Source: Eubacteriales bacterium (lineage in GTDB: Bacteria; Bacillota; Clostridia; Oscillospirales; SIG627). From it: a stretch of 60,460 bases of DNA. Position 1 is the stretch's first letter; each line of letters begins with the position of its first letter. The position numbers and the translations under genes are program-made. Location of the stretch: NCBI GenBank assembly GCA_045594565.1, contig JAZNYT010000121.1, positions 1 through 60,460 of the forward strand, in the 5' to 3' direction. The notes under the pieces were generated by a model that had not been told where the DNA came from, made no database searches, and saw nothing but the letters and a program-made list of their open reading frames with translations. Below are positions 26,644-36,691 of this stretch, piece after piece.

Positions 26644-28179
26644 TTAGATCATTGCTTCTTCTATGGCTGCAAGGCGGTTTATAATGCTATCAACAACAAA
26701 GTTCAAGTCTCTGTTGTATTTCACTTCTATCTCTGCACCCTTACAAATTAAAGTCATTGATGGATAAGAATGTGGTATACTATCGCCAATGTTATATTCC
26801 TCAGGTGGCTTGTATGGATGATAAGGTGATTTTTTTCCTATCTCTAGCTTAAAGTTTTTGTAAGCAACTGTTTCGCTTGAATCTCTTCCGTGGTCTGAGA
26901 AAAGAGGTCTAAGAAATACGTATTTAGTTTTCCTGTTCCCCTTTCTTTTGAATTTTAAGTCAAAAACTTCAGATATAACATTGCTCCCTAGGGCTCCCCA
27001 AAATTCATCCGCTACACCGTCTTCGTATAGCAGCCCAAAAGCCATACGGAGATTGGATGGTATGACAGCATCTACCGACAAAGTAAGCATTTGTCCATCT
27101 AATGCTTCAAGCATATCAAAAACGGCTTCATCATGGCACCACAATTCTCCATAATGGTTGTTCTTCAATGCAATATGAAGTACATCATCTGACCACTTAC
27201 AAATTCCAAAATTTTGAATAGTGAAATTTGATATATTTAATAAGTTATCTCCAAACACTTTTATTTTTGTGTCCTCGGTTATAGGTGGCGAAAGTTCCTC
27301 ACCTTTACTTAACATCGGTTTGATTGTTATGTTGTATCTTTCACCCGTCTGTGTTATAGTTCCTATAGTCAAATCGAATTCGGTTTCTGCGTCAATAGTA
27401 AAAGTTCCACCAAACCACTTTTCATTAACATCCTTCAAGTACACTCCGTATACTCCGTTATTTACGTCATTGCCACTTTCTTCGTAATCGAATGTATACG
27501 TTCCTGAAGGAAGCACGATTCTTTTTATTGTGGTTTCAAGTGACATAGGAACATCGTAACCGTTATTACACACTCCCTGCAGCTCAATACGTCCATCTTT
27601 ATGTATCGTATATTGGAGTCCACCCATATACTCATCGCCGTTATCGTTTATTTCGTAAGGGATAAGGGGAATATTATTTGATGATATCTCGACCTTTACG
27701 TCGTGCTGAACTTCGGATACATCTTTTAACGCTATTGCGGTTTTCCCTAAAGCCTCGCCTCTTAATGCTCCTGCAAAAGAATTATGTACTTCGGTAGCCG
27801 CTTCTATCACCTGGTCTACCCAGGGCTTTGACGGGTCAGGCACTTCGGCGCTTGAATTGTCAAGACCTTCGGAAACAATAGTTTTCCATGTATGCGACTT
27901 AACAATAACATCACCTACAACGTAACGGAGTTCGCACTTACCCTCACCCTCAATATCGGTGTCGGAAGAGGACACTTCCCAATATATAACGCCGTCTTCG
28001 ACCTTTAATGCTACGGGGTAGGGTGCAGCGTCGCCGTTTCTTTGGTGAAATAAATAGTATTCACCTTTCCCAAATTCACTTTCCCATATTGAGCATTCGT
28101 CAAACACAATTCTTCTTGCAAGGTTTTCCCCTCTTTTTCCTAAGTGGATAACCCCACATATAGCTTTATTTTCAAACAT
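26644..28179 (-). CDS. BppU-N-like, beta-rich structural/adhesin protein
   Basis: LGKRGENLARRIVFD...YPVAL...EGEGKCEL N-terminal domain; repeated beta-sandwich-like body. Confidence 0.6.
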   Translation of the reverse strand: MFENKAICGVIHLGKRGENLARRIVFDECSIWESEFGKGEYYLFHQRNGDAAPYPVALKVEDGVIYWEVSSSDTDIEGEGKCELRYVVGDVIVKSHTWKTIVSEGLDNSSAEVPDPSKPWVDQVIEAATEVHNSFAGALRGEALGKTAIALKDVSEVQHDVKVEISSNNIPLIPYEINDNGDEYMGGLQYTIHKDGRIELQGVCNNGYDVPMSLETTIKRIVLPSGTYTFDYEESGNDVNNGVYGVYLKDVNEKWFGGTFTIDAETEFDLTIGTITQTGERYNITIKPMLSKGEELSPPITEDTKIKVFGDNLLNISNFTIQNFGICKWSDDVLHIALKNNHYGELWCHDEAVFDMLEALDGQMLTLSVDAVIPSNLRMAFGLLYEDGVADEFWGALGSNVISEVFDLKFKRKGNRKTKYVFLRPLFSDHGRDSSETVAYKNFKLEIGKKSPYHPYKPPEEYNIGDSIPHSYPSMTLICKGAEIEVKYNRDLNFVVDSIINRLAAIEEAMI

Positions 28180-28202
28180 AACTGTTTTCCTTTCTGCCGT
28201 AA

Positions 28203-29432
28203 CTATTCAAAGCTGAAGGTTTCAGGCATTAGAATTTTACTCACTCCATACCTCATTGAATCCATACCGTGAGAAAATTCGTGGTCGGGTTTATTGGTGA
28301 GCTTACCGCTTTTATCTTTCTCCCAACAATAGTTTTTTATTTCCTTTCGGAATTCAGTACATTTAGGGTGAATAATGATTTCATAGTTTTGTATAAGCTG
28401 TATACCGTGGTTAATGCTATCTTTGCCTTTTCGGGAAGGTTCAGCGTTAATTCCTTCTTCTCTTAATTCTGCAATAGATTTAGGTTCGGCTGAATCGCAA
28501 ACAATAATCTGTCCGCCATAGCCCATATCTTTGATTTGTTGAGCTATAATTTTATTTGTCACGCCTGACCTATACCACTCGTCAAATACATATATCTTCA
28601 TATTGACGTTATCGACCATTTCGCAAACAAAGGCGTTAGGATCGGTAAATCCGAAGTCAAGATTAAATGCCGACTTGATACCTGGTATCGCTCTTATATC
28701 GTCTATGTTGAAGTCTTCTACACGGTGGTTTTCAAATATCAGACCTTCGGCAATTCCCCACTCGCCGTCACCCTCAATTCTGTATCGTCGAGGGTTATTT
28801 TTTTTCATTTTCAAGAAGATATTTTTGTCTGACTCGTCAAGCCATTCGTTACATTTCCACGTCGTTGTTAAGGTAAAAACGTCGTCGTCGGCAACGTCAA
28901 AAAATCTTGATTTTATCCATATTTCAGGCGACCAGGGGTTGAACGTTAAAGTTATCTGTTTGAAATATCCGTCGGGAACTTCTCCACGTATAGACATATC
29001 AAGCTTGTTAAAATCGCTCTCGTTGTTGATTTCAAAAGCTTCTTCTATCCATACCCAGCACAAATAACCTTTATCAACGGAAATTGAAGTGATTTTCAAG
29101 CCGTCGTCAAGACCTCTAAACAGTATCTTTTGCCCTGTGGCTATTCGTGTTATTTGCATCGGGGAAACAGTACATTCAAAAAAACTATCTAGCCCTAACT
29201 TATGAATAGCCCATTTTAGATCACTAAAAACAGAGTCACGAAGAGTATTTGAGTATCTTCTAACACATAAACCGTTGCTTTCGGGGTATTCGTAAAGCCT
29301 ATGTATCATATTCAAGGCGGTTGTCTTTGATTTTTTAGAACCTCGGCTGCCTTTGCATACTCGGTAACGCTTCTTAGTGTTCCAAAATTCAGCGTAGCCT
29401 TTGCCCACCGTTTCTTGAAGTGATATTCTCAC
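28203..29432 (-). CDS. Terminase large subunit (PBSX family)
   Basis: KGSRGSKKS Walker A, WIEEA Walker B, LDFGF, HGMDSMRY. Confidence 0.95.
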   Translation of the reverse strand: MRISLQETVGKGYAEFWNTKKRYRVCKGSRGSKKSKTTALNMIHRLYEYPESNGLCVRRYSNTLRDSVFSDLKWAIHKLGLDSFFECTVSPMQITRIATGQKILFRGLDDGLKITSISVDKGYLCWVWIEEAFEINNESDFNKLDMSIRGEVPDGYFKQITLTFNPWSPEIWIKSRFFDVADDDVFTLTTTWKCNEWLDESDKNIFLKMKKNNPRRYRIEGDGEWGIAEGLIFENHRVEDFNIDDIRAIPGIKSAFNLDFGFTDPNAFVCEMVDNVNMKIYVFDEWYRSGVTNKIIAQQIKDMGYGGQIIVCDSAEPKSIAELREEGINAEPSRKGKDSINHGIQLIQNYEIIIHPKCTEFRKEIKNYCWEKDKSGKLTNKPDHEFSHGMDSMRYGVSKILMPETFSFE

Positions 29433-29441
29433 TTAAAGCAC

Positions 29442-29876
29442 CTACTCTTTAAGGTCGTTGACTATCTCGACGGGTTCAACGTTTACGTTAACTTTATCGG
29501 TGAAAATTCCGAACCTTTTGCCGAGAAGCTCCGCCGCTTTTAATCTTTCTTTTTCGTCAGGGGCTTTCTCCATTGTCCGGGCTTCGCTTGTAAAATCGCC
29601 TATATTTTCAACGACAACAATTTCAGCCTTTGACTCGCCCCTCATTACAGAGGTTAAATACATCATAACTTCTTCAGCAGTTGCAATTTTTTTTGAACTT
29701 ATATCGTTAAGTTTTTCTTCGACGTAGGCTTTAACGCTATCTTTTGTTAGCAACCTTGAAGCATTCGCACGGGCAACATTATCATTCTTAACTTTTGGAT
29801 ATGCCACCTTATAAGCTCTTGTAGCGTTACAGTCAATCAAATATTCGTCTGCAAATTTGCGCTGATTATCAGTCAT
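29442..29876 (-). CDS. Terminase small subunit
   Basis: QRKFADEYLIDCNATRAY, RLKAAELLGKR. Confidence 0.92.
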   Translation of the reverse strand: MTDNQRKFADEYLIDCNATRAYKVAYPKVKNDNVARANASRLLTKDSVKAYVEEKLNDISSKKIATAEEVMMYLTSVMRGESKAEIVVVENIGDFTSEARTMEKAPDEKERLKAAELLGKRFGIFTDKVNVNVEPVEIVNDLKE

Positions 29877-30008
29877 AATGTTTTCACCCCTTTCGTTTAT
29901 AATAAGACCGGCAAAGATACAAGAGCCATAGGCGACATATAGCCGCCCCCGGAGATGCTAGGTATTTGCTATGCGGAGGTTCATAGTGGTTCTTTGCATA
30001 TTGCCGGT

Positions 30009-30759
30009 TTATTTGCTATTTAAAGAAAAAACGGCGTCGTTTATGCGCCGTTCTGCTATCTCATAATATTTATTATCTAACTCAATACCTATAAATTTTC
30101 GCTTTGTATTCACGCAAGCGACTCCCGTGCTACCGCTACCCATACAGTTATCAAGAACAGTTTCGCCATCATTGGTGTACGTCTTTATGAGATATTCCAA
30201 CAATGCAACTGGCTTTTGTGTCGGGTGCAATCTGTTTTTGTTGCTTGTCGCTTCATTTGTGAATTCCAATAAGTGAACGGGATAATTGGTATAAAGTTGA
30301 GTATGCTTTTTCAATAACGTTTCCGTTCGATAAATGGTATCTTTTTGAGTGTCTTTTTTCTGCTTTACCTTCGGCGTGTCTAACCTCTTTAACCCCTGGG
30401 GATTGTAAGTCGGCGCTTTCTTGCAGAAAACACAAATATCTTCAATACACCGCATGGGTTGAAACTTGGCAAAAGTAAAGCCGGTTTTATTATTCTTTTT
30501 CCAATACCAGTTATAACGATATTGTTTTAAATTACTGTTAATCAATGCCGTTGTAAAAGGTTGAGCCGAAAAAAGCACGATAGTGCCGTTCTCTTTTATG
30601 ATTCTGCCGTATTGCTCCCATAAAGCATTGAAGGGAATAACACTATCCCATTTACAGTCAGTCATTCCGTAAGGAAGATCGCATAAAATTAAATCAATAC
30701 TTTCATCTGGGTAAATTCCTCATTTCTTCAATACAGTCTTGATTATATAACTTTATCAA
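30009..30759 (-). pseudogene. N6/N4 DNA methyltransferase with a +1 frameshift near the 5' end
   Basis: TTG start MIKLYNQDCIEEMRNL then CCC AGA TGA; DLPY motif continues in the next frame; HPTQKP and DNCMGSGST present. Confidence 0.8.
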
Positions 30760-30924
30760 CGTTTTACACTCCTTTAGTTAAAAGCCCATCAGTTTGCGGC
30801 ATAACCCCACAAAACAAAATAATACTTTTTGAGCTCTGCAATAAAGACGGGCTTATTCCCACGAAAAAAGCACACTCTTCGGAGTGTGCTTTAAGCTTTT
30901 TGAATTTTATTATATTATTTCACA

Positions 30925-30975
30925 ATACTATTATACACATTTTCACGTTTACATTCAATTACATTCGTATACATC
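30925..30975 (-). promoter_or_regulatory. Probable late promoter with activator repeats
   Basis: TGTGTATAAT extended -10 with TACATTC-type direct repeats in place of -35, immediately downstream of the ArpU-like gene. Confidence 0.55.
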
Positions 30976-30978
30976 TTT

Positions 30979-31401
30979 TTATAATTTTACGATTTTTTCT
31001 AAATTTTTTAGCCCTGTTTCCTTAATTCGCCATATTTGAGTCCTGCAATAGCTTAATTCCTTGGCTATTTCTCCAAGTGTCATATTTCGTATGTAATAGC
31101 GGTGTAATACTTTATATTCTTTCAACGGGAGCTTTTCAAGAGCAGAAATAACGGCGTTTTTATGGGCGTTATGTTTTTCTGTAATAACATCAATCTCAGA
31201 AGATATTAAAGCCATGTCAATGCCGTTTTTCTCAATTTTTCTTGATACTGTGCCGGTATTACTATATGGCATTCCGTCAGGGGCTTTTGAACCCGTATCA
31301 GTTGCAAGTTCAAGTGAGATTTCATATTCAGCTTTTTTTGCTAAAATCAACTCTTGAAGCTCTTGAACTTGTTCAAGCCATACTTCAATTTCTGTTTTCA
31401 T
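30979..31401 (-). CDS. ArpU/RinA-like late transcription activator
   Basis: Coiled coil plus sigma-r4-like HTH (LHRYYI..TLGEIAKELSY), last early gene. Confidence 0.8.
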   Translation of the reverse strand: MKTEIEVWLEQVQELQELILAKKAEYEISLELATDTGSKAPDGMPYSNTGTVSRKIEKNGIDMALISSEIDVITEKHNAHKNAVISALEKLPLKEYKVLHRYYIRNMTLGEIAKELSYCRTQIWRIKETGLKNLEKIVKL

Positions 31402-31413
31402 ATTTACACCGCC

Positions 31414-31836
31414 TTATCGTTCGTTCCAAGCAGGGCGACTTAATGTCTGCTCAATGGCATTCACTAATTCTGGATATTGTTTCAAAATATCTTCATACTT
31501 GGTTGTTTTCAGACCTTCCCTTTTTCTTTTTATATCTACTGTGTGTCTTAAAGCATACAACGCTCTACCTTTTTCTTGGTGTACCACAAAAGGACAATTA
31601 TTTTCGTCCGCTCTTTCAAATTCGCCCAAAACAAAAGATATTTTTCCTTCATTGTGATTTGTCAATGCGGTTGATAATATATCGGTAAATTCATATAAGA
31701 GCATAGCCAATCTAAAAACTGTTTTATCCTCAATTTTGTTTTTGGGGTTGCAAGGGCATTTTTCTTCGTGTTGCTTTGCTTCTTGTTCGCTTGAAAAACA
31801 CTCCATACAAAAATCGCATTTATATACTTGTTTCAC
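31414..31836 (-). CDS. Hypothetical protein, N-terminal zinc finger
   Basis: YKCDFC...HEEKC. Confidence 0.65.
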   Translation of the reverse strand: MKQVYKCDFCMECFSSEQEAKQHEEKCPCNPKNKIEDKTVFRLAMLLYEFTDILSTALTNHNEGKISFVLGEFERADENNCPFVVHQEKGRALYALRHTVDIKRKREGLKTTKYEDILKQYPELVNAIEQTLSRPAWNER

Positions 31837-32136
31837 TTAATCACCGCCTTATAAAATTCCAAATAAGATGTCCTATTACACAACCAATTAAACCGCCGAA
31901 TATCGTGCATAAAAGCCATACAAATACATTCACTTCTCCCCACCTCTTTCTTTTGTATCTTTCCTTCCTCGCATATAATATTTAACCCTCATATTCCACA
32001 AAGCAAAGGCGGTCTGTTCTGCTCTATCGCAGATTTCACCTGCTTGTCCGTCGCTTACACAGAGATGAGCCCTGCGGAATAAAGGTTTGCATTGTACCGT
32101 CACAAATACACCTGTCGGCTGAATACTGTACTTTAC

Positions 32137-32466
32137 TTATCGTACCAAATTTCCATTGCTTTCATCTTCCTTTCTCTGCTTCTCGTTTTTACTTGACTCA
32201 TAGTTGACTGACAGTTCTTTGTTATGAGTTTTTAATTTCTCAATATCTGCTCTTAAGGCTTTGTTTTCATCCAAAAAGTGTTTACAATAGTCAATGAGAG
32301 TTTTATTAGTATTTTGCACCTCTCCTATAAGGTCAAGGAGTCTTTGGTTATCCTTGTTTACATCTTCTGCAAGGTTAAGTACCCTTTCGCTGAATTCTCT
32401 GTAAGGCTTTATAATTTCCTCACAGCGTGCTTTTGTAATAAACATATCATTCTCCGTCCTTTCCAA
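32137..32466 (-). CDS. Hypothetical coiled-coil protein
   Basis: In the early operon, overlapping neighbour. Confidence 0.6.
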   Translation of the reverse strand: MERTENDMFITKARCEEIIKPYREFSERVLNLAEDVNKDNQRLLDLIGEVQNTNKTLIDYCKHFLDENKALRADIEKLKTHNKELSVNYESSKNEKQRKEDESNGNLVR

Positions 32467-32638
32467 TCAGTTTTTCTGCAATGGTGTCGATGAGTTCATC
32501 ATCGTATTCATATACGCACTGACCTTCTTTACTGTGGCAAGTGATGGTTTGACTTGCCTTCAACCTCTCGGCAAAATCCTTCACCCCTGCTTCGTAGCCG
32601 TTCTTGTATGCCTGTTCTATTGCATCGTTTTCGTTCAT
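32447..32638 (-). CDS. Hypothetical phage protein
   Basis: EQAYKNGYEAGVKDFAERLK. Confidence 0.6.
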   Translation of the reverse strand: MNENDAIEQAYKNGYEAGVKDFAERLKASQTITCHSKEGQCVYEYDDELIDTIAEKLIGKDGE

Positions 32639-32653
32639 AGCGTTTTCTCCTCC

Positions 32654-32863
32654 CTACTTCAGCACATAAACTGTGCCTCTGTTATAATCTTTGATATGTT
32701 TAATAGCCGAATGAAACGAGTTAAGGCTTGAATACTTCCCCTCGTCCACCAACTGTTGTGCCGTACCACATTGCCGTATGTTATCGTCTTTGTCATAGAT
32801 AACGTAGAATTTCTGCTTTTCGTAAGGGAGCTTTACTCCCGGCTGTCTACCCCTTTTGCCCAT
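32654..32863 (-). CDS. Hypothetical phage protein
   Basis: FYVIYDKDD pattern, RBS GGGAGG. Confidence 0.55.
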   Translation of the reverse strand: MGKRGRQPGVKLPYEKQKFYVIYDKDDNIRQCGTAQQLVDEGKYSSLNSFHSAIKHIKDYNRGTVYVLK

Positions 32864-32865
32864 TA

Positions 32866-33294
32866 TTACCTCCCTGTACTTCCGAAACCGCCATTTCCTC
32901 TCTCGGTCTCGTTAAGCTTGTCCACCACTTTAAGTTCAGGTGTCAGTATTGGAAGAATAACAAGCTGTGATATCTTGTCACCTGACTTGACTTCATAATC
33001 AACATCACTATTGTTATAGAGCTTCACTCTGATAGAGCCTGTATACCCTACATCTATTACACCTTCAGAAGTGATGCCGTGATTTACGTTGAGTCCCGAC
33101 TTGCTCTTGAGAAAACCTACTGTACCTTCGGGAAGTTCTATATGTACGCCTGTGTCGAATACGACAGAGCCTTTCGCCGGGACTATCTGTCCTTCCTTTG
33201 CTCTGATGTCAAGACCTGCATCGGTCTTATGCGCTCTTGTGGGGCAATACGCCCCATTGTCAAGCACTACTTTTATCGTGTTTGATGGTTCCAT
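32866..33294 (-). CDS. dut: dUTPase
   Basis: AGLD, KSKSG, GVIDVGYTG, RGNGGFGSTG. Confidence 0.95.
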   Translation of the reverse strand: MEPSNTIKVVLDNGAYCPTRAHKTDAGLDIRAKEGQIVPAKGSVVFDTGVHIELPEGTVGFLKSKSGLNVNHGITSEGVIDVGYTGSIRVKLYNNSDVDYEVKSGDKISQLVILPILTPELKVVDKLNETERGNGGFGSTGR

Positions 33295-33321
33295 TTTTAT
33301 CCTCCATAAAATATGTTATCT

Positions 33322-33546
33322 TTATCTGTGTCTCCTTGACAGACGAGTCTTATATGCGACACTATCATAATAAGAATCCCTTGCCTTTGTTCTGTCATAC
33401 AGTTCCTTTGCGGCTGCCTGTTTAATTGCTATTTTTTCTGATATTTGCTTCGCCTTGTTTTTTCGGTACTCCTTGCAAGTGCTATGACATCCTACCTTAC
33501 GTTTAGGTGGTACACACTTGTAGCAAGGATTCTCTGTTGGATTCAT
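33322..33546 (-). CDS. Small Cys/His protein
   Basis: PCYKC..R.VGCHSTCKEY; paralog 38035-38235. Confidence 0.6.
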   Translation of the reverse strand: MNPTENPCYKCVPPKRKVGCHSTCKEYRKNKAKQISEKIAIKQAAAKELYDRTKARDSYYDSVAYKTRLSRRHR

Positions 33547-34298
33547 ACCTTAGAGTCCTCCTCCCACCACCTAAGTATGGTCTGATAATGGTTACCGACC
33601 TTGGCGTTCTTCTCGATGATAAAGGTAGCAAGTTTCTCAACGTAGTAGTCAAAGGCATCAAGTCCGAGCCTATCAAGAAGTACTCCTATCTGCTCGTCAG
33701 TTAATAGCACCACACCCTTGCCGAGCTTACCGCCCATCCTTTTAAGTGAGTTTTCCTCAAAGTTTTCCACAGGCTCGTTGTCGGTGTCGTTGTCCCTTAC
33801 AACTACATCTACCTCTAACTCTTTAACTCTATTATCTACACTCTTTTCTCTATTATCTGTGTGGACATTTTGGTGGACATTTTGGTGGACATTGTCCATA
33901 GGTGGAGGAAGGCTTTCTTGACTTTGCCGTTGTATTCTCTTTTGTGCTGAATAATCAGTTTCACTCCCTACAAGGTTATGATGCTCAGAGAGAACAAGAA
34001 TGCCATCGTGGTCTTCATATATAAGACCGACAGATTGATAGAGTTTCAAGGCAACTCGGATTGTATCAACTGAAAACCATTTACAATCTCTTTGAATTTT
34101 CTCAACATCATATGGGATAATAATTTCCCCTATTTGCCTTGATAATCTTCCTTCTGTGTTAATCGTTTTGAGGCATAGCATTTGGTAAAGGACAACATAA
34201 TTAGCACCGTTTGGCTGACTCATAAAGTAATCAACTGTGTCCGAAGACATAAAAGATTCCTTTAACTTCATCCAATAATATCGTTTACCCTTCGCCAT
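33543..34298 (-). CDS. Phage replisome organiser/initiator
   Basis: RYYWMKLKESF N-terminal domain; internal iterons; start moved to MAKGKR. Confidence 0.85.
   Translation of the reverse strand: MAKGKRYYWMKLKESFMSSDTVDYFMSQPNGANYVVLYQMLCLKTINTEGRLSRQIGEIIIPYDVEKIQRDCKWFSVDTIRVALKLYQSVGLIYEDHDGILVLSEHHNLVGSETDYSAQKRIQRQSQESLPPPMDNVHQNVHQNVHTDNREKSVDNRVKELEVDVVVRDNDTDNEPVENFEENSLKRMGGKLGKGVVLLTDEQIGVLLDRLGLDAFDYYVEKLATFIIEKNAKVGNHYQTILRWWEEDSKV
33861..33898. repeat. Iterons, probable replication origin
   Basis: GTGGACATTTTG twice plus a partial third copy, inside the initiator gene. Confidence 0.7.
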
Positions 34299-34788
34299 TT
34301 TTTCTATCCTTTCTATGATATTTCCTGTGACAAACTTCACACATTGTTATGCCGTTTTCTAAATTAAATCTTAACAAAGGGAATTGTGCAAAGCTCTTTA
34401 TGTGGTGTGCTTGAAGATTGCTTTTAGAGTTACAGATAACACATTTTTTATCTCTACTAATAACCTCTTTTCGCCATTCTCGATATTTATAATTATTTCT
34501 TTTCTTTGCTGTTTCGCCGATGCCGTTATTTTCGTACCAATGAACAATTTCCCATCCTTGACACTCATTTGAATCCCAAATAGGTTTAATATAACCCATA
34601 TTGTTTAATAACCAAACATCATCTTTTGTACAACCCAAAACACCTGCGATGGCAAATATGTTATTCAAAAATCCTTTGTCCCTTGCACAAAGTCCAATAT
34701 GAAAGTACAGAGCCTGTGTCGATAATGGCAACTTATAAAACTCATCGCTTTCAACGATGCTTATTAAAAAACTTCTTCGTTCTGCCAT
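34285..34788 (-). CDS. Initiator-like N-terminal domain fused to HNH nuclease
   Basis: MAERR..SDEF..LPLSTQALYFH then CVIC...AHHIK...NGITMCEVCH. Confidence 0.75.
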   Translation of the reverse strand: MAERRSFLISIVESDEFYKLPLSTQALYFHIGLCARDKGFLNNIFAIAGVLGCTKDDVWLLNNMGYIKPIWDSNECQGWEIVHWYENNGIGETAKKRNNYKYREWRKEVISRDKKCVICNSKSNLQAHHIKSFAQFPLLRFNLENGITMCEVCHRKYHRKDRKNGEG

Positions 34789-34791
34789 CTC

Positions 34792-35193
34792 CTACACCTC
34801 CCTCACTCTGATGCCGTGTACCGAGAGCATCAGCTTTCTTTTTATCGTGAATAAGTCGTAAGCCGTTCCTTTCTTATATCCCTTTGTGTCCTCGACTACT
34901 TTTTCGCCGTTTTCGAAGTATACAAAGTCTGCTATGTACGCCACTTCTCTTTCAAGAAGCCTCTTGCCGTCTTTGAGACTCTTTCCATTCTTGCCGTAAC
35001 GCTCAAAGGTTTCATACTGTGCAGGAATAAGAACAAACTTCACTTGCTTTTGTAGGTCTGTGATTGCCCCTGCCTTTTCAAGCAAGAGCAATTCACGACA
35101 CCTTTTGTATTCCTTCGTTGAGGCAAAAGTTTCTCCGTTGACTTTAACCTTTTGGGAAAAGTATTTGTTTTTAGAACGGTAACGACTCATCAT
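34792..35193 (-). CDS. DUF1064-like PD-(D/E)xK endonuclease
   Basis: FASTKE, YIADFVY, VVEDTKG. Confidence 0.85.
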   Translation of the reverse strand: MMSRYRSKNKYFSQKVKVNGETFASTKEYKRCRELLLLEKAGAITDLQKQVKFVLIPAQYETFERYGKNGKSLKDGKRLLEREVAYIADFVYFENGEKVVEDTKGYKKGTAYDLFTIKRKLMLSVHGIRVREV

Positions 35194-35581
35194 CAGTCAT
35201 TTCCTCAAACTGCATATTGTCAACGTAAGGTGCAGTCTGTTCTGTTGCCGTTGTTTCCGTAGGCTTTCTGTCAACAAAGGAAACCTCGTCTGCTTCTACA
35301 TCGAGTGCATAACGTTTGTTTCCGTCATTGTCCGTCCAATTTCTCGACTTTAACTGTCCGCATACAAGGATTGCTCTACCTTTTGCAAAATACTTGGCTA
35401 CAAATTCTGCCGTTGCTCTCCAACATACAACGTTGATAAAGTCTGCATCCTGTTCTCCCTCTTTCTTAAATCTGCGACTTACTGCAATGCGGAAGTTTGT
35501 GACAGGCACACCCGAAGGTGTTGATTTAAGTTCTATGTCCTCTGTGATATTGCCTATAAGTATTACTTTGTTAAATGCCAT
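35171..35581 (-). CDS. ssb: Single-stranded DNA-binding protein
   Basis: NKVILIGN, ADFINVVCW, acidic tail ending LPF. Confidence 0.93.
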   Translation of the reverse strand: MAFNKVILIGNITEDIELKSTPSGVPVTNFRIAVSRRFKKEGEQDADFINVVCWRATAEFVAKYFAKGRAILVCGQLKSRNWTDNDGNKRYALDVEADEVSFVDRKPTETTATEQTAPYVDNMQFEEMTDDESLPF

Positions 35582-35673
35582 ATTAAGCCTCCAATCTGTA
35601 TACGGCGTAGAGTCCTCTTCTACCGTTACCCGATTCAAGGTGTTTTAATACAAGTGATATTTGGGCATTTTCA

Positions 35674-35865
35674 CTATGTTTCACTTTCGTCATCGTATTC
35701 GTCATTGTATTCTTCCTCGCTTATCTCTTCACAGTTTACGCCTCCACAATTCGGGCAACACGGAAACTTTTCGTACACGATACGTTCTCCGTAGGGGCAG
35801 GGATTATAGTCAACCCCTGCCTCCTCTAATTTAAACGTCTCTTCACAATCTCTGCATTTATACAT
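35674..35865 (-). CDS. Small zinc-ribbon protein
   Basis: CRDC...CPNCGG. Confidence 0.6.
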   Translation of the reverse strand: MYKCRDCEETFKLEEAGVDYNPCPYGERIVYEKFPCCPNCGGVNCEEISEEEYNDEYDDESET

Positions 35866-36691
35866 CTTCTTCGACTACCTCGCCTGTAGTGGTGTCGACC
35901 TCGGTGTACTCATCAACTACTATGGTGTTGGGTACATCGTACATATCCTCTGACACCTCGTTCTTGATGCTTCCGTCCTGTACTACACCTCTTACAAAGT
36001 CACTCTTGAGAGGTGCATACTTGAGCGCCTTCTTAAGTACGGTCTTCTTAGCCATCTCCTCAAAGTTCGTTGACCAAGGAGAGAAACTTGAAGCATAAGC
36101 CTTACTATACTTCTCTGCGTGGATACGCACATCCGACATACTCATAACCTCAAAACCATAGCCGCCTGACTTAGTCTTGAACATTGCATATACCTTCACA
36201 GGCTCACCTCTGTCGGTGTCGGCAGGGATATGTGTGAGTTTAGGCTCAAGACCGAATTCACACTCAAACTTATCGTTAGCGTATACGATATGTGCCTGTA
36301 CAACTTCTACCTCTCCGCTTCTGTAGGCAAGGTCTATAAGTCCCTTGTAGCCAAGCTGAAACTGTGCCTCAAGCGTATCTTTATTCTGATATGGTAGTAT
36401 GTAAGCCTGACCGAGAGGTGTGTTAGGCTCAAGACCAAGCTGTGCCGCAGACATCATTGCTCCAAGGAATGATGAAGGTGTACAAGAGCCGAGTTTTGGA
36501 TTGGTCGATATCGCCGAAAGCACCATTCTTGTGAATCTCTCGGGAGTGATTACAGAAGGAAGAGCCTTCTTTATCTCGCCTTCCATTGCCTTGATGTAAG
36601 TCTGCATTGTCTTCTTTTCGGGTACTGTTGTTGTGGTATTCGCTACTGCGTTCTGAATCTTTGTCATGATATTTCTCCTTTTATCGTTCAT
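35858..36691 (-). CDS. recT: RecT-family recombinase
   Basis: GQAYILPY, QLGYKGLIDLA, EMAKKTV. Confidence 0.93.
   Translation of the reverse strand: MNDKRRNIMTKIQNAVANTTTTVPEKKTMQTYIKAMEGEIKKALPSVITPERFTRMVLSAISTNPKLGSCTPSSFLGAMMSAAQLGLEPNTPLGQAYILPYQNKDTLEAQFQLGYKGLIDLAYRSGEVEVVQAHIVYANDKFECEFGLEPKLTHIPADTDRGEPVKVYAMFKTKSGGYGFEVMSMSDVRIHAEKYSKAYASSFSPWSTNFEEMAKKTVLKKALKYAPLKSDFVRGVVQDGSIKNEVSEDMYDVPNTIVVDEYTEVDTTTGEVVEEDV

Noticed and set aside
31920-32165. Possible frameshifted gene (..WKFGTISKVQYSADRC..) between 31836 and 32137
   Set aside because: An open frame exists without an in-frame start near the RBS; no recognisable family, so it cannot be supported.
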